Shown: positions 48,100-57,074 of the stretch, in pieces
Layout of the letters: the number at the start of each line of letters is the position of its first letter
Position numbering within the stretch: the first letter of the stretch is position 1
Source: Abditibacterium sp.
Lineage (GTDB): Bacteria > Armatimonadota > Abditibacteriia > Abditibacteriales > Abditibacteriaceae
Length of the DNA: 64,000 nt
Assembly (NCBI GenBank): GCA_965246885.1
Contig: OZ251992.1
Location: 224,001-288,000, forward strand
Direction of reading: 5' to 3'
Position numbers and translations under genes: made by a program
Notes under the pieces: generated by a model
The model's input: only the letters and a program-made list of their open reading frames with translations
Databases searched by the model: none
What the model was told of the DNA's origin: nothing

Positions 48100-49098
48100 T
48101 TACCCCTTCCCCTTGGCACCCTTAGCGGCGCTGGCCAAGTATTCGAGAAGCACATTCACATCCGGCGCGACGATGTCGGCGCCTGCTTCTAAGAATTCGC
48201 GCTTGTGCTTATCGCCGCTTGGCCCGCTCAAAACGATGGCGGAGTAGATGCGCGCTTTTCCGGCGCCTTTCAAGTCGCGGTAGTTGAACACGGTGCGCAG
48301 GTCGTCCATGATGTCCCCGATGAACAGGCCCAGCTTGAAGTCCAGCTTCTCGCGCGCCAGCAGGAGCGTCCGCCCATCCGGTTTCTTGAAGCCCGAATCC
48401 GGCACCACCCAGCCGTTCTCCGGGAACTTATTGGTTAGCCTCGCGTGCGCCAAGCCCAACTTCGCTTCCGAGCGCCCGCGCCCCGTGATGAGGCCGGTTT
48501 TCAAAGCGGTCGGCACAAGCTCCGGCTGAATGATGACGCGCTCGCGCTTGTAGTAGCCCTCGCCGTGCAGGTATTCGGGGTCGAACCCATACAGGTCGCG
48601 GCATGCCTCGTCGCCGCCGTAGAACTCCTGAAAGAGGCGCGTCACCAACTTCTGGTTCCACGCCCTTGCGAACTCGCGGCGCTGCGTCGGACGCAGCATC
48701 TCCAACACGAACCCCTCGGCTTGTTGCAAGCCGCCGCCTTTGCGCCGGAGCGAGGCCGTAAACTCGCGCCAATCGGGGCCAAACTCGCGCAGTGCCTTAG
48801 TATCTTTGGCGCCCGACTGCGCCCACTTGCCAATGAGGAAAGCGACGGCGGCGTTGGTCAAATCCCAGTCGTCGTTGAAGCCGCCCGCGAACTTGAACAG
48901 TTCCGTTTCTTCGGCTTCTATCAGCGCGCCGGTGTCGCTTAACCCCAGTTGCTCTTTGATATAAAACTGGACGGTATCCACGATGGCGGCGCGGAACGAC
49001 AGCGACACATCGAGGAGCACGCCGTCCACATCGAAGAGGATGCAGTCAAGCGCGGGTAAGTTCTTGAGGATTTCTTGGCGGATGAAAAGTTCGGACAT
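48100..49098 (-). CDS. HAD-superfamily hydrolase (TIGR01548-like)
   Basis: FDVDGVLLDVS.S, GGFNDDW, ITGR, KPD, IGDIMDD. Confidence 0.85.
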   Translation of the reverse strand: MSELFIRQEILKNLPALDCILFDVDGVLLDVSLSFRAAIVDTVQFYIKEQLGLSDTGALIEAEETELFKFAGGFNDDWDLTNAAVAFLIGKWAQSGAKDTKALREFGPDWREFTASLRRKGGGLQQAEGFVLEMLRPTQRREFARAWNQKLVTRLFQEFYGGDEACRDLYGFDPEYLHGEGYYKRERVIIQPELVPTALKTGLITGRGRSEAKLGLAHARLTNKFPENGWVVPDSGFKKPDGRTLLLAREKLDFKLGLFIGDIMDDLRTVFNYRDLKGAGKARIYSAIVLSGPSGDKHKREFLEAGADIVAPDVNVLLEYLASAAKGAKGKG

Positions 49099-49226
49099 GA
49101 ATAGAAATGAGTGGACGAACGCGCGCGGCAAAAGCGCGCATAGTTTTGCCAGATAGAAAAAGTCGCGCGCCGGGGCCGCGCCGCCCAAAAGCGGGGCCGG
49201 TGAGCCGTCCGCCGGGGCGCGCCGAC

Positions 49227-49330
49227 GGCTGGCGCAGCTAATTCTTCCAAGAATTAGCTGCGCCAGCCAAAGAATTAGCCGCGCCGATGATTCGCCGGTA
49301 CAATTCTTTCGTCCGCGCGCACAATTCGAC
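49227..49330. repeat. Perfect 20-bp palindrome followed by 21-bp repeats
   Basis: GGCTGGCGCAGCTAATTCTT-CC-AAGAATTAGCTGCGCCAGCC; 21-mers at 49249 and 49270; ACAATTC at 49300 and 49321. Confidence 0.88.
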
Positions 49331-49378
49331 GGGTGGCGCAGCCCGGCGAACCGTTGGGCCATCCCTTTCTTCCTTCCC

Positions 49379-50092
49379 ATGCTGCCCCGCCCCCACCGAT
49401 TGACGAGCGCGCAGTTCGAGCGCGCCTTTGGCAAAGCGCAAGTCGTGCGGCACCCGCTCGTCCAAGCGCGGGCGCACCGGCGCGGGGACGATTCGCCCCT
49501 TGTTCGAGCGGCGTTCGGGGTGCCCAAAAAGCAAGGCAAGGCGCACGAGCGCAACCGGGTCAAGCGGCGTTTGCGCGAGCGCTACCGCTTGCATCCGCGC
49601 CGCGACGAAGCGGCGTTGCGCGGCTGCGACCTGATTTTCTTGACGACCCCCGCGACGGGCGCGGCGAGCGGAGCGGAATTAGATGCGGCTCTGGACGAGG
49701 TGCTCAGGCGTCTGGGAGGGCGTATGTCCCAAGACACGCACCCCAAACACGAAGCACCCGCGCCGCTCGAAGCCCCCGGAGCGCAAGGCGACGAGCGCCA
49801 AGAGCCGACGGTTTCGTGGCGTAAAGCGCCGGTTTCTTGGTTGTTTCTTGCCTTAATTCGGGGTTATCAGGGCGCTTTGTCGCCGATGTTGCCGCCTTCG
49901 TGCCGGTTTTTTCCGACTTGCTCGGTTTATACTGCGCATGCCATCGAGCGGCACGGCGCGCTGTGGGGAACGCTATTGGGAGCGTGGCGGATTTGTCGTT
50001 GCACGCCGCTTTCCAAGGGCGGGTTCGACCCGGTTCCGGCCACCCTTGCGGCGCGCTCCTTTCCGTTCTTGAGGTTGTCCGCCAAGAAGTAA
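49379..50092 (+). CDS. rnpA: RNase P protein component fused in frame to membrane insertion efficiency factor YidD
   Basis: MLPRPHRL...[18 protein letters not shown] (RNR motif), then LIRGYQ...SP...CRFFPTCS.Y...RICRC.P...GGFDPVP with no intervening stop. Confidence 0.92.
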   Translation: MLPRPHRLTSAQFERAFGKAQVVRHPLVQARAHRRGDDSPLVRAAFGVPKKQGKAHERNRVKRRLRERYRLHPRRDEAALRGCDLIFLTTPATGAASGAELDAALDEVLRRLGGRMSQDTHPKHEAPAPLEAPGAQGDERQEPTVSWRKAPVSWLFLALIRGYQGALSPMLPPSCRFFPTCSVYTAHAIERHGALWGTLLGAWRICRCTPLSKGGFDPVPATLAARSFPFLRLSAKK

Positions 50093-50167
50093 GCGTCCCC
50101 TTTCCGGGGACAAGGTGCACTTATCCTTGGCGCGCCCCCTTTTGGCAGGGCGCGCCGTGTTGTCATT

Positions 50168-51874
50168 ATGAAGAAGTCAGGATCACCGAACGATCGAATA
50201 TGGACGTTTTTGCTGGCCATCGGGATGTTTTTCCTTATCCAGCATTTCATGGGAGCGCCGCCGAGCAAGGCGCGCCCGGCCCCGGCGTTCGCCACCGTTT
50301 TCGCGGGGATAGACCCCGCCCAAGGCGCGCCCCCCACCCCCGCGACGGCGCCGCTCACGCCCGCAACGGCCAATGCCGAAGTGACCAAGCTGCAAGCGAA
50401 CATTGCCGCGAACGATTCCGACGACCTCGCGCGCTGGTCGAAGATGCGACTGGCGCTTATCCAGCAATACGTGACGGGAACGCTGCAAACCAAGACGCGC
50501 AAAGTCGGCATGTTTCCGCTCGCCCAGTTGGGAGTGAGCGCGCCGCCCTTCACGCATGATCAGACCTATTACCCCGCGTATGAGGACATCTACTACGCGG
50601 ATGGAACCGACTCCCTTGGTGCGCAGGCGATGTACCAAGCGGGCGACTTGCTGTGGCGACAGTCGCTCAAAGACCCCTCTTTGGGCGATTCGTCGGTCGC
50701 AGTGTTTGAAAACATCCTCGTCCACGAGCGCGGCAACGCCCTGCTTCCGGGCCGCGCGCGCTCATTTGCGAACCTGCCCATCTACGTTCCCACGCAAGTA
50801 GACCCCGCGAAGGTGCCCCTCACCGGCCCGCCGCCGAGCGGCTTTCACCTCGTGAAGATCGGCGACCTTAAGGGGACAGTCGCCGCGCCCAATCCGCAGG
50901 GCATCGCCGACCGCATGGACGCGCACTACCAGCCGACCTTTTTGTACCGGGTCTTTGACTCGTTCGTGCGGGCGCTTGGTTCCAACCCGCTCTTTTCGTA
51001 TGGCATCGCCGTCTTGATTTTCTCGGTCTTGCTCCGCTCGGCGACGCAGCCCATCTACAAGAAGCAATACGACAGCATGAAGGGCATGGCCGCCATTGCG
51101 CCGGAAATGAAGAAGATACAGGAGCGGTATAAGGGCAAGACCGAGCAGAGCGCGCAAATGGAGCAGATGAAGGAGATACAGGAGTTGCAGCGACGGCACG
51201 GCGTTAATCCGATGCTTGGTTGCGGCCTGTCGGTGCTGCAACTGCCGATTCTGTTTCTGCTCGTGTATCCGACCATCCAGCACTACGAGCCGCGTATGGA
51301 GTTGGTAGGCGCGCAGTTCCTTTGGATTGGCGCGCTCGCGCGGCCCGATTTGCTTTTGCTGGTGCTGTATGCCGCTTCGATGTTCCTTTCGATGCGCTTA
51401 AGCGCCACGCCCGCCGCCGATGAGTCGCAGCGCCAACAGCAGCAGATGATGACCCGGATATTCATGTTCTTCCCGTTGCTGATGTCCACCTACCCGGCGG
51501 CGTTCTTGATGTATTGGACGACGACCAACCTGCTCTCCACCGCCTTTCAATGGCGCCTGATGAAGAAGGCCGATCCGTCGAAAAACTTCTGGCTCGCGCT
51601 ACGCGGGGATGGTCTCAACACCGTCGCGGCGACGGCGGGGAGCGACGCCGTCGCGCCGCGCCCAACCGGGCTGAATGGCAACGGAGCGGCGAAGCCGGTC
51701 AAAGTCCAAACGAAAACGCCCTCCCTCAACGGAACAGTGGACGGCCAGAACCGCGCCTTGGACGAAAAAGGCGCGAAGAACGGCGCGGGGGGCGCGCATA
51801 AATCGGCGCCCAACGGCATCGTGCTTGGCCCCAGCGCGGACGAGGTCGAGCGGCGCAAGAAGAAGCGCAAGTAA
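50168..51874 (+). CDS. yidC: Membrane protein insertase YidC
   Basis: YGIAVLIF...P..KKQ..SM...PEMKKIQERYK...GVNP..GC...QLPI, FLWI, LMYW. Confidence 0.95.
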   Translation: MKKSGSPNDRIWTFLLAIGMFFLIQHFMGAPPSKARPAPAFATVFAGIDPAQGAPPTPATAPLTPATANAEVTKLQANIAANDSDDLARWSKMRLALIQQYVTGTLQTKTRKVGMFPLAQLGVSAPPFTHDQTYYPAYEDIYYADGTDSLGAQAMYQAGDLLWRQSLKDPSLGDSSVAVFENILVHERGNALLPGRARSFANLPIYVPTQVDPAKVPLTGPPPSGFHLVKIGDLKGTVAAPNPQGIADRMDAHYQPTFLYRVFDSFVRALGSNPLFSYGIAVLIFSVLLRSATQPIYKKQYDSMKGMAAIAPEMKKIQERYKGKTEQSAQMEQMKEIQELQRRHGVNPMLGCGLSVLQLPILFLLVYPTIQHYEPRMELVGAQFLWIGALARPDLLLLVLYAASMFLSMRLSATPAADESQRQQQQMMTRIFMFFPLLMSTYPAAFLMYWTTTNLLSTAFQWRLMKKADPSKNFWLALRGDGLNTVAATAGSDAVAPRPTGLNGNGAAKPVKVQTKTPSLNGTVDGQNRALDEKGAKNGAGGAHKSAPNGIVLGPSADEVERRKKKRK

Positions 51875-51875
51875 G

Positions 51876-51907
51876 GGGCGTCCCTGCCAGAACTGGCAGG
51901 GACGCCC
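51876..51907 (+). terminator. 15-bp GC-rich hairpin after yidC (terminator or stabiliser)
   Basis: GGGCGTCCCTGCCAG-AA-CTGGCAGGGACGCCC; weak U tail. Confidence 0.6.
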
Positions 51908-51966
51908 GACTTGACAGGCGCGTTCCTACCCAACCACTGAGCGGCGACTTTACACTAAGGCACCAC

Positions 51967-53088
51967 ATGGCCCAACCCAAGAAATTTAGCCCCATGCGCT
52001 ACACCGCCGCTTCCGAAGAGGCGGCAGTGGACGGCGCCCTCCTGTTAGCGGGCGTCGGGCGCGACGACGTGGATTACGACGTTCTCGACCGAACCGAAAA
52101 AGGCGTCACCGTGCGCATTTACCCGCGCGGCGAAGGCACTTCTGCCGCCCCGTCCGCCCCTGCGCCCAGCAAAGAGTCCGAACCCGCGACGCCCTACGGC
52201 TCTTTCGGCTACAACTCCTCGCCCACCCCGACGCCTGCGCCCGCTTCGCCCCGCACTTTTGGCGCATCTGCCCCGACGCCCGCCCCGCCCGAACCGGTCG
52301 CCGCCGCTTTATTAGAAGACGAGGCCGATGAAGATGACGCCCTTGAAGAAAGCGCGGTTTCCGTTGGCCTCGCGTCTGACCCCGAAGAAGCCGGAGAGGG
52401 CGAGGGCCGCCCGCGCCCATCGGAGCGCAACGGTTACAACCGCCAACTGTCCGCCAAAGCGCGCGCCCAAGCCCAAGAGTTCCTCAACCGCATGGGCCTC
52501 GAAGCCGAAGCCCGCTTTGGGCGCGGTTTCAACGAGAGCACCATTCCGCTTTTCCTTGATGGCCCGGATGTCGGCATCATTATCGGCAAGCACGGCGCCA
52601 CGCTTCAGTCCTTTCAATACTTGCTTAACCTCACCGTCAACAACGTGGACGGCTTGGGCGGCGATCCCGAAGGCGGCGTGCGCGTTACGGTGGATGCCGG
52701 GAAGTATCGCCAGCGCCGCACCACCAGCCTCGAAGCCACCGCCCGCCAAGCCGCCAACAAAGCGCGACGCGAAGGGCGTCCCATCCGACTGGAGCCGATG
52801 CCCTCGCACGAGCGCCGCATCGTGCACCTGTATTTAACGAGCGTCGCCGAAGTTTCGAGCGTGAGCGAAGGCAAAGAGCCGACGCGCCGCGTCGTCGTGA
52901 CGCCCTCGAACACCGTTCCCAACCCGAATTTCCGCCCCGTCATGCCCGCCCGTTCGGGTCGCTCCGGCGGAGGAAGCGACCGGTCGGGCGGCGGCATGGG
53001 CAGTTTCAGTCGCGGACGCCGCCCCGACGGTCGCTCCGGCGGCAATGCGGGTTCGGGTGGCGGTGGCGGCTTCAATCGCGGACGCTGA
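51967..53088 (+). CDS. jag: Jag/KhpB/EloR RNA-binding protein (Jag_N, KH, R3H)
   Basis: IIGKHGATLQSFQYL, LEPMPSHERRIVH, SEGKEPTRRVVV; follows yidC. Confidence 0.95.
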   Translation: MAQPKKFSPMRYTAASEEAAVDGALLLAGVGRDDVDYDVLDRTEKGVTVRIYPRGEGTSAAPSAPAPSKESEPATPYGSFGYNSSPTPTPAPASPRTFGASAPTPAPPEPVAAALLEDEADEDDALEESAVSVGLASDPEEAGEGEGRPRPSERNGYNRQLSAKARAQAQEFLNRMGLEAEARFGRGFNESTIPLFLDGPDVGIIIGKHGATLQSFQYLLNLTVNNVDGLGGDPEGGVRVTVDAGKYRQRRTTSLEATARQAANKARREGRPIRLEPMPSHERRIVHLYLTSVAEVSSVSEGKEPTRRVVVTPSNTVPNPNFRPVMPARSGRSGGGSDRSGGGMGSFSRGRRPDGRSGGNAGSGGGGGFNRGR

Positions 53089-53107
53089 TCTTCTTTCTTC
53101 TTCGACC

Positions 53108-53539
53108 GTGTTCAAGCCCACCAAGAAAGCCAAGCCCAAACCCGACCGCGCGGGCGCGCGCAAGCAGTTTCTGGCGTTGCGCCCGCTCCGCAACCCCGTT
53201 ATCGAGGAGGAGGATGCCGAAGGGCGGGTGTTGCTCATCATCACTCCGCCCGACACGCGGCTCTCGAAGATACTCGGCTTCTTTTTGCCGCTCTCGCCCG
53301 AAGAGCGCCGCAAGCGCGTGGTGCTCGATCCCATCGGCTCGCACGTGTGGCGGCTGTGCGACGGGCAGACCACGATGGACGCCATCTCCAAGTCGCTGCA
53401 GAAAACCTTTAAACTGGGCGTCCTTGAAGCCGAGCAGTCGCTGCGCCAGTTCTTCCAAACGCTGGGGAAACGCGGCTACGTCGGCTTTGTCCAACCCAAT
53501 AGAAAAGGGGCCGAGGAGAAGAGGAGCGGAGGAGCGTAG
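53108..53539 (+). CDS. PqqD / RiPP-recognition-element family protein
   Basis: LDPIGSHVWRLCDG..T...I...L...F........L..F...L..RGYV; GTG start inferred. Confidence 0.85.
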   Translation: MFKPTKKAKPKPDRAGARKQFLALRPLRNPVIEEEDAEGRVLLIITPPDTRLSKILGFFLPLSPEERRKRVVLDPIGSHVWRLCDGQTTMDAISKSLQKTFKLGVLEAEQSLRQFFQTLGKRGYVGFVQPNRKGAEEKRSGGA

Positions 53540-53581
53540 CGCCTTCATTCCGCACTTCGCGCTCCCCGCTCCGCACTCAAT

Positions 53582-54181
53582 ATGGCCACCCTTTCTCCGA
53601 CGCGCGTCGAGCGCCAAATTTCCCTTCCGTTCAACCAAGCGTTTAAAATCGCGCTGCGCAACATCACCATTCGCTTGGGCCGCGCCATGATTACCGGCGC
53701 CGGAACGATGCTGGGCATCGCGTTCTTGATGAGCGTCTTCGCGTCGAAGTTGGTGCTACAAGCCAAGGGCGTGACGCTCGAACCGTCGCAGATACAAAAG
53801 TCCAACTGGCTGGTTTCGATGTCGCTTCTGGTGTGCTTTGTCGGCATCACCAACTCGATGCTGATGAGCGTGACCGAGCGCTACAAGGAAATCGGGACGT
53901 TCAAGTGCTTGGGCGCGCTGGATAAGTTCATCATTAACCTGTTCCTCATCGAGTCGGCGTTGCTCGGTTTCTTCGGTTCGCTGATTGGCGCCGTCGTCGG
54001 TCTGTTGTTCACGCTCATTACGAACATCGGCGTCATCACGCGCTTGAACTGGGGCGCGGCACTGCTGAACTTGCTCGCGTGCGTTGCCATCGGCACCTTC
54101 CTGAGTATTGCCGCCGCCATCCCGCCCGCCATGCGCGCCGCCAAAATGCAGGCCGTTGACGCCATGCGCACGGAGGTCTGA
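53582..54181 (+). CDS. FtsX/MacB-like ABC permease (short)
   Basis: GITNSMLMSVTERYKEIGTFKCLGA...ES...PA.RAAK...AMR. Confidence 0.92.
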   Translation: MATLSPTRVERQISLPFNQAFKIALRNITIRLGRAMITGAGTMLGIAFLMSVFASKLVLQAKGVTLEPSQIQKSNWLVSMSLLVCFVGITNSMLMSVTERYKEIGTFKCLGALDKFIINLFLIESALLGFFGSLIGAVVGLLFTLITNIGVITRLNWGAALLNLLACVAIGTFLSIAAAIPPAMRAAKMQAVDAMRTEV

Positions 54182-54220
54182 GGCGCCGCTTAAACTCTCG
54201 CTACTTATAAAAGAACTTCC

Positions 54221-55096
54221 ATGACCCCGACCGACACCACCGCCACCATTCCCGCGCCCGTCCCCTCTGCCGATGAAGCCTACAATGCGAGCGAGAACAT
54301 CGTCCGCGTGCGCGGCGTGAAGCGCACCTATTACATTGGCGAGAACCCCGTCCACGCGCTGCGCGGCATTGACCTCGACATCAAGCGCGGCGAGTTCATG
54401 GCCATCATGGGGCCGTCGGGGTCGGGCAAGTCCACTCTCTTTAACATGGTCGGCGGCTTGGATAAGCCCACGTCCGGCACCGTCTTTATCGACGAAGTGG
54501 ACATCGCGCAACTCGACCCCGGCGAGCTGGCGTGGCTGCGGTGCCGCAAGATCGGCTACATCTTCCAAACGTTCAACCTCATCCCCGTGATGACGGCGCT
54601 CGAAAACGTGACGCTTCCGATGATCTTCGCGGGCGCGACCCTTGAAGAGCAGATGGAAAAAGGGCGCCGCCTGCTCGAACTGGTGGGACTTGGCCACCGC
54701 TTGCACAACAAGCCGGGGCAATTATCAGGCGGGCAACAGCAGCGCGTCGCCATTGCACGGGCGCTTGCCAACGACCCGGCGATTATCCTCGCCGACGAGC
54801 CGACGGGCAACCTCGACCAGAAAGTGGGCGAAGAGATCATCCAGATGCTCAAGCGCCTGAACAAGGAATCGGGCGTTACCATCATCACCGCCACGCACGA
54901 CGACAAGATGTATAAGCGTAGCGACCGCGTCGCCATCGTCATAGACGGCGAAATCGTCACCGTCGTCCCGCCCGCCCTGCTCGGCGACAACACCGTTGAC
55001 GGCTTCCTCCAACAAATGCGCGACGACAAAGAAGCCGCCGAAGCCGCCGCCGTGACCGCCACGAACGAGACGATAGTGGAAGCGGACAAGGCGTAG
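54221..55096 (+). CDS. ABC transporter ATP-binding protein (LolD/MacB type)
   Basis: GPSGSGKST, LSGGQQQRVAIARAL, ILADEPTGNLD. Confidence 0.96.
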   Translation: MTPTDTTATIPAPVPSADEAYNASENIVRVRGVKRTYYIGENPVHALRGIDLDIKRGEFMAIMGPSGSGKSTLFNMVGGLDKPTSGTVFIDEVDIAQLDPGELAWLRCRKIGYIFQTFNLIPVMTALENVTLPMIFAGATLEEQMEKGRRLLELVGLGHRLHNKPGQLSGGQQQRVAIARALANDPAIILADEPTGNLDQKVGEEIIQMLKRLNKESGVTIITATHDDKMYKRSDRVAIVIDGEIVTVVPPALLGDNTVDGFLQQMRDDKEAAEAAAVTATNETIVEADKA

Positions 55097-55121
55097 AAGC
55101 CAGACGCTTGGACACGTCCTA

Positions 55122-55257
55122 AAGGACGTGGCAAGGAGCCTGCGGCTGGCCGTGCTCCGCACGATGCGCGAGCGTCACTGAGTTGCGTACGCGCAATGCT
55201 GCTGCAATTGCCACCCGTGCGGAGCACGGCCAGCCGCAGGCTCCTTGCCACGTCCTT
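55122..55257. repeat. Perfect 42-bp inverted repeat (REPIN/MITE-like)
   Basis: 55122-55163 AAGGACGTGGCAAGGAGCCTGCGGCTGGCCGTGCTCCGCACG is the exact reverse complement of 55216-55257. Confidence 0.95.
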
Positions 55258-55281
55258 ATCCCCGTTTTGTAACCTGTTCCC

Positions 55282-55890
55282 ATGCAAAGCGCGGATGATT
55301 TAGGGTTGGTGCTGGTGATTTCGGGGCCGTCGGGCGTCGGGAAGGATACGGTTTGGCAGCACGCGCAGGCGTGCCTCCCGACTTTTGCGCGGGCCGTCAC
55401 TTGCACGACGCGGCCCCGGCGCCCGCATGAAGTCGAGGGGCGCGACTACTACTTCCTCTCCAACGAGGAGTTCGCGCACATGATCGCGCACGACGAACTC
55501 ATCGAACATGCCCAAGTGCACGGCAACTTCTACGGCGTTCCCGAACGCTCCATCTTCGAGCGCATCAACAACGGGCTGGATGTCGTGTGCGTGATAGACG
55601 TGCAAGGCGCCCTGCGCATCCGCCGCCTGTTCCCGACCGCCGTCCTCGTCTTCATCCGCCCGCCGCACGGCCACGAAGAGCGCGTTCTCGCCGAGCGCAT
55701 CCAAGCCCGCCAAGAGGTAGACCCGTCCGAACTTCAAACCCGCCTCCAAACCGCGACGTGGGAAATGTCGCAAGTCCACCTCTACGACTTCGAGATCACC
55801 AACGACGACCTCTCCCGCGCGTCCGGCGAACTGTGCCGACTTGTGAGCGCGGAGAAAGCGCGACGCGGGGAGAGGTTGGAGGTGGAATAA
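55282..55890 (+). CDS. gmk: Guanylate kinase
   Basis: SGPSGVGKDT, TTRPRRPHEVEGRDYYF, IDVQGA. Confidence 0.96.
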   Translation: MQSADDLGLVLVISGPSGVGKDTVWQHAQACLPTFARAVTCTTRPRRPHEVEGRDYYFLSNEEFAHMIAHDELIEHAQVHGNFYGVPERSIFERINNGLDVVCVIDVQGALRIRRLFPTAVLVFIRPPHGHEERVLAERIQARQEVDPSELQTRLQTATWEMSQVHLYDFEITNDDLSRASGELCRLVSAEKARRGERLEVE

Positions 55891-55893
55891 GGA

Positions 55894-56169
55894 ATGAAAC
55901 AGCCCTTGGGCCGCGCGTTCGACCGTTTCCTTGACTTGTTCGGCCATTTGATGGTGGGCGGCACGGTCGGCGGCGTGTTGGGCATGAGCCTCTACACCTT
56001 TAACCGCATTATTTTGTCGGCACTCCACGCCAACGCCGTCCGCATCGGCCCGCACCTACGCTTGGGTAGCACCATCGAATCCCTCACCATGATCTCCTGC
56101 ATGCTCGGCGGGTTAGCCTATGGCGCGCATCGCTACAGCCGCGCGGCCAAGCGGCACCCGCCTCACTAA
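55894..56169 (+). CDS. Small two-TM hypothetical protein
   Basis: Starts 4 nt after the gmk stop; two hydrophobic helices. Confidence 0.6.
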   Translation: MKQPLGRAFDRFLDLFGHLMVGGTVGGVLGMSLYTFNRIILSALHANAVRIGPHLRLGSTIESLTMISCMLGGLAYGAHRYSRAAKRHPPH

Positions 56170-57044
56170 ACCCGTTCATTCCTCAGTTTCTCCCGCAGCG
56201 CCTTATAAAACTCCCCCGCGTCCAACGTCGCGGGGAGGCCCGACACGCCGCCGTCGCCCATTTCGATGAGTAGCCATGAGCCGTCTTCGCGCTGCGCCAT
56301 GTCGAGGGTAAAAAAGCGGCTGGGACACCGGTGCGCTATCTGGCGAAGCGGTTCCACATCCGGCGTTTCATCGCCATTGGGGTTGGGCGAAAGGGACAGC
56401 AGCTTCCCATTCAGCCAAAACGAGCGCCATTCTCCGGGACGCAATTGCTCGAAGCGGCGGAAGACAAGGCCGCCGGTCAAGTTGTCGCCCGTGAGTTCCA
56501 AAAAGCGCCCGACGACGCGGCGCACACCCGCTTCGTCACTCGAATCGGGCACGAAGCACGCGGCGTCCCACTCCTGCTTTTGCGATTTGACCCAGTCTTT
56601 GACGACGACCGCCGCGCCGCCGAACGGCTTAAGCGTCTCGAAGATGGGCGTCCACGTGGCGGCGCCATCGCGCTCGAACCGGGCGCGCTCTATCCACCGG
56701 GTTTCGGGCAAGAAGTCGCGCCAAAAGCTGTAGTTCTCCGGCGCGTGGTGAGCGAAGCGATACTGTTCCGCGTCGTTGAGTAGGTGCCAGCCGCGCTTTT
56801 GCAGGCCATCGAACAATCGCTTGTAATCGGCGGCGCGTAGCATCCAGCCGCGATAAACGAGAGTTTGCTGGTCGTCGCTTTCGGGGACGCGCCGCAATAC
56901 CGCGTCCAAACGGTCGCCGCGCCGCAAGCCGTCGAAGTCGAAGATGGCCGTCTCGAATCCGGCGGCTTGCGCGGCGTCCCACTCGGCGCGGTAATGGCGC
57001 TCGACTTCGTGCCGTTCGAGGGAATCGGCGGGAAAGAGAATCAT
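56166..57044 (-). CDS. ATP-grasp domain protein, R2K clade (DUF4343-like)
   Basis: YRGWML, VKDWVKSQK.EW..ACF, GGLVFRRF, EWRSF, FFTLD.A...W..IE.GDG.VSGL. Confidence 0.82.
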   Translation of the reverse strand: MILFPADSLERHEVERHYRAEWDAAQAAGFETAIFDFDGLRRGDRLDAVLRRVPESDDQQTLVYRGWMLRAADYKRLFDGLQKRGWHLLNDAEQYRFAHHAPENYSFWRDFLPETRWIERARFERDGAATWTPIFETLKPFGGAAVVVKDWVKSQKQEWDAACFVPDSSDEAGVRRVVGRFLELTGDNLTGGLVFRRFEQLRPGEWRSFWLNGKLLSLSPNPNGDETPDVEPLRQIAHRCPSRFFTLDMAQREDGSWLLIEMGDGGVSGLPATLDAGEFYKALREKLRNERV

Positions 57045-57074
57045 GTCCCCAGTTTGTGCGTCGAGACTCCCATT

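Noticed and set aside
49100..49378. oriC / rpmH upstream of rnpA
   Set aside because: No TTATCCACA-like cluster, AT-rich unwinding region or L34 ORF.
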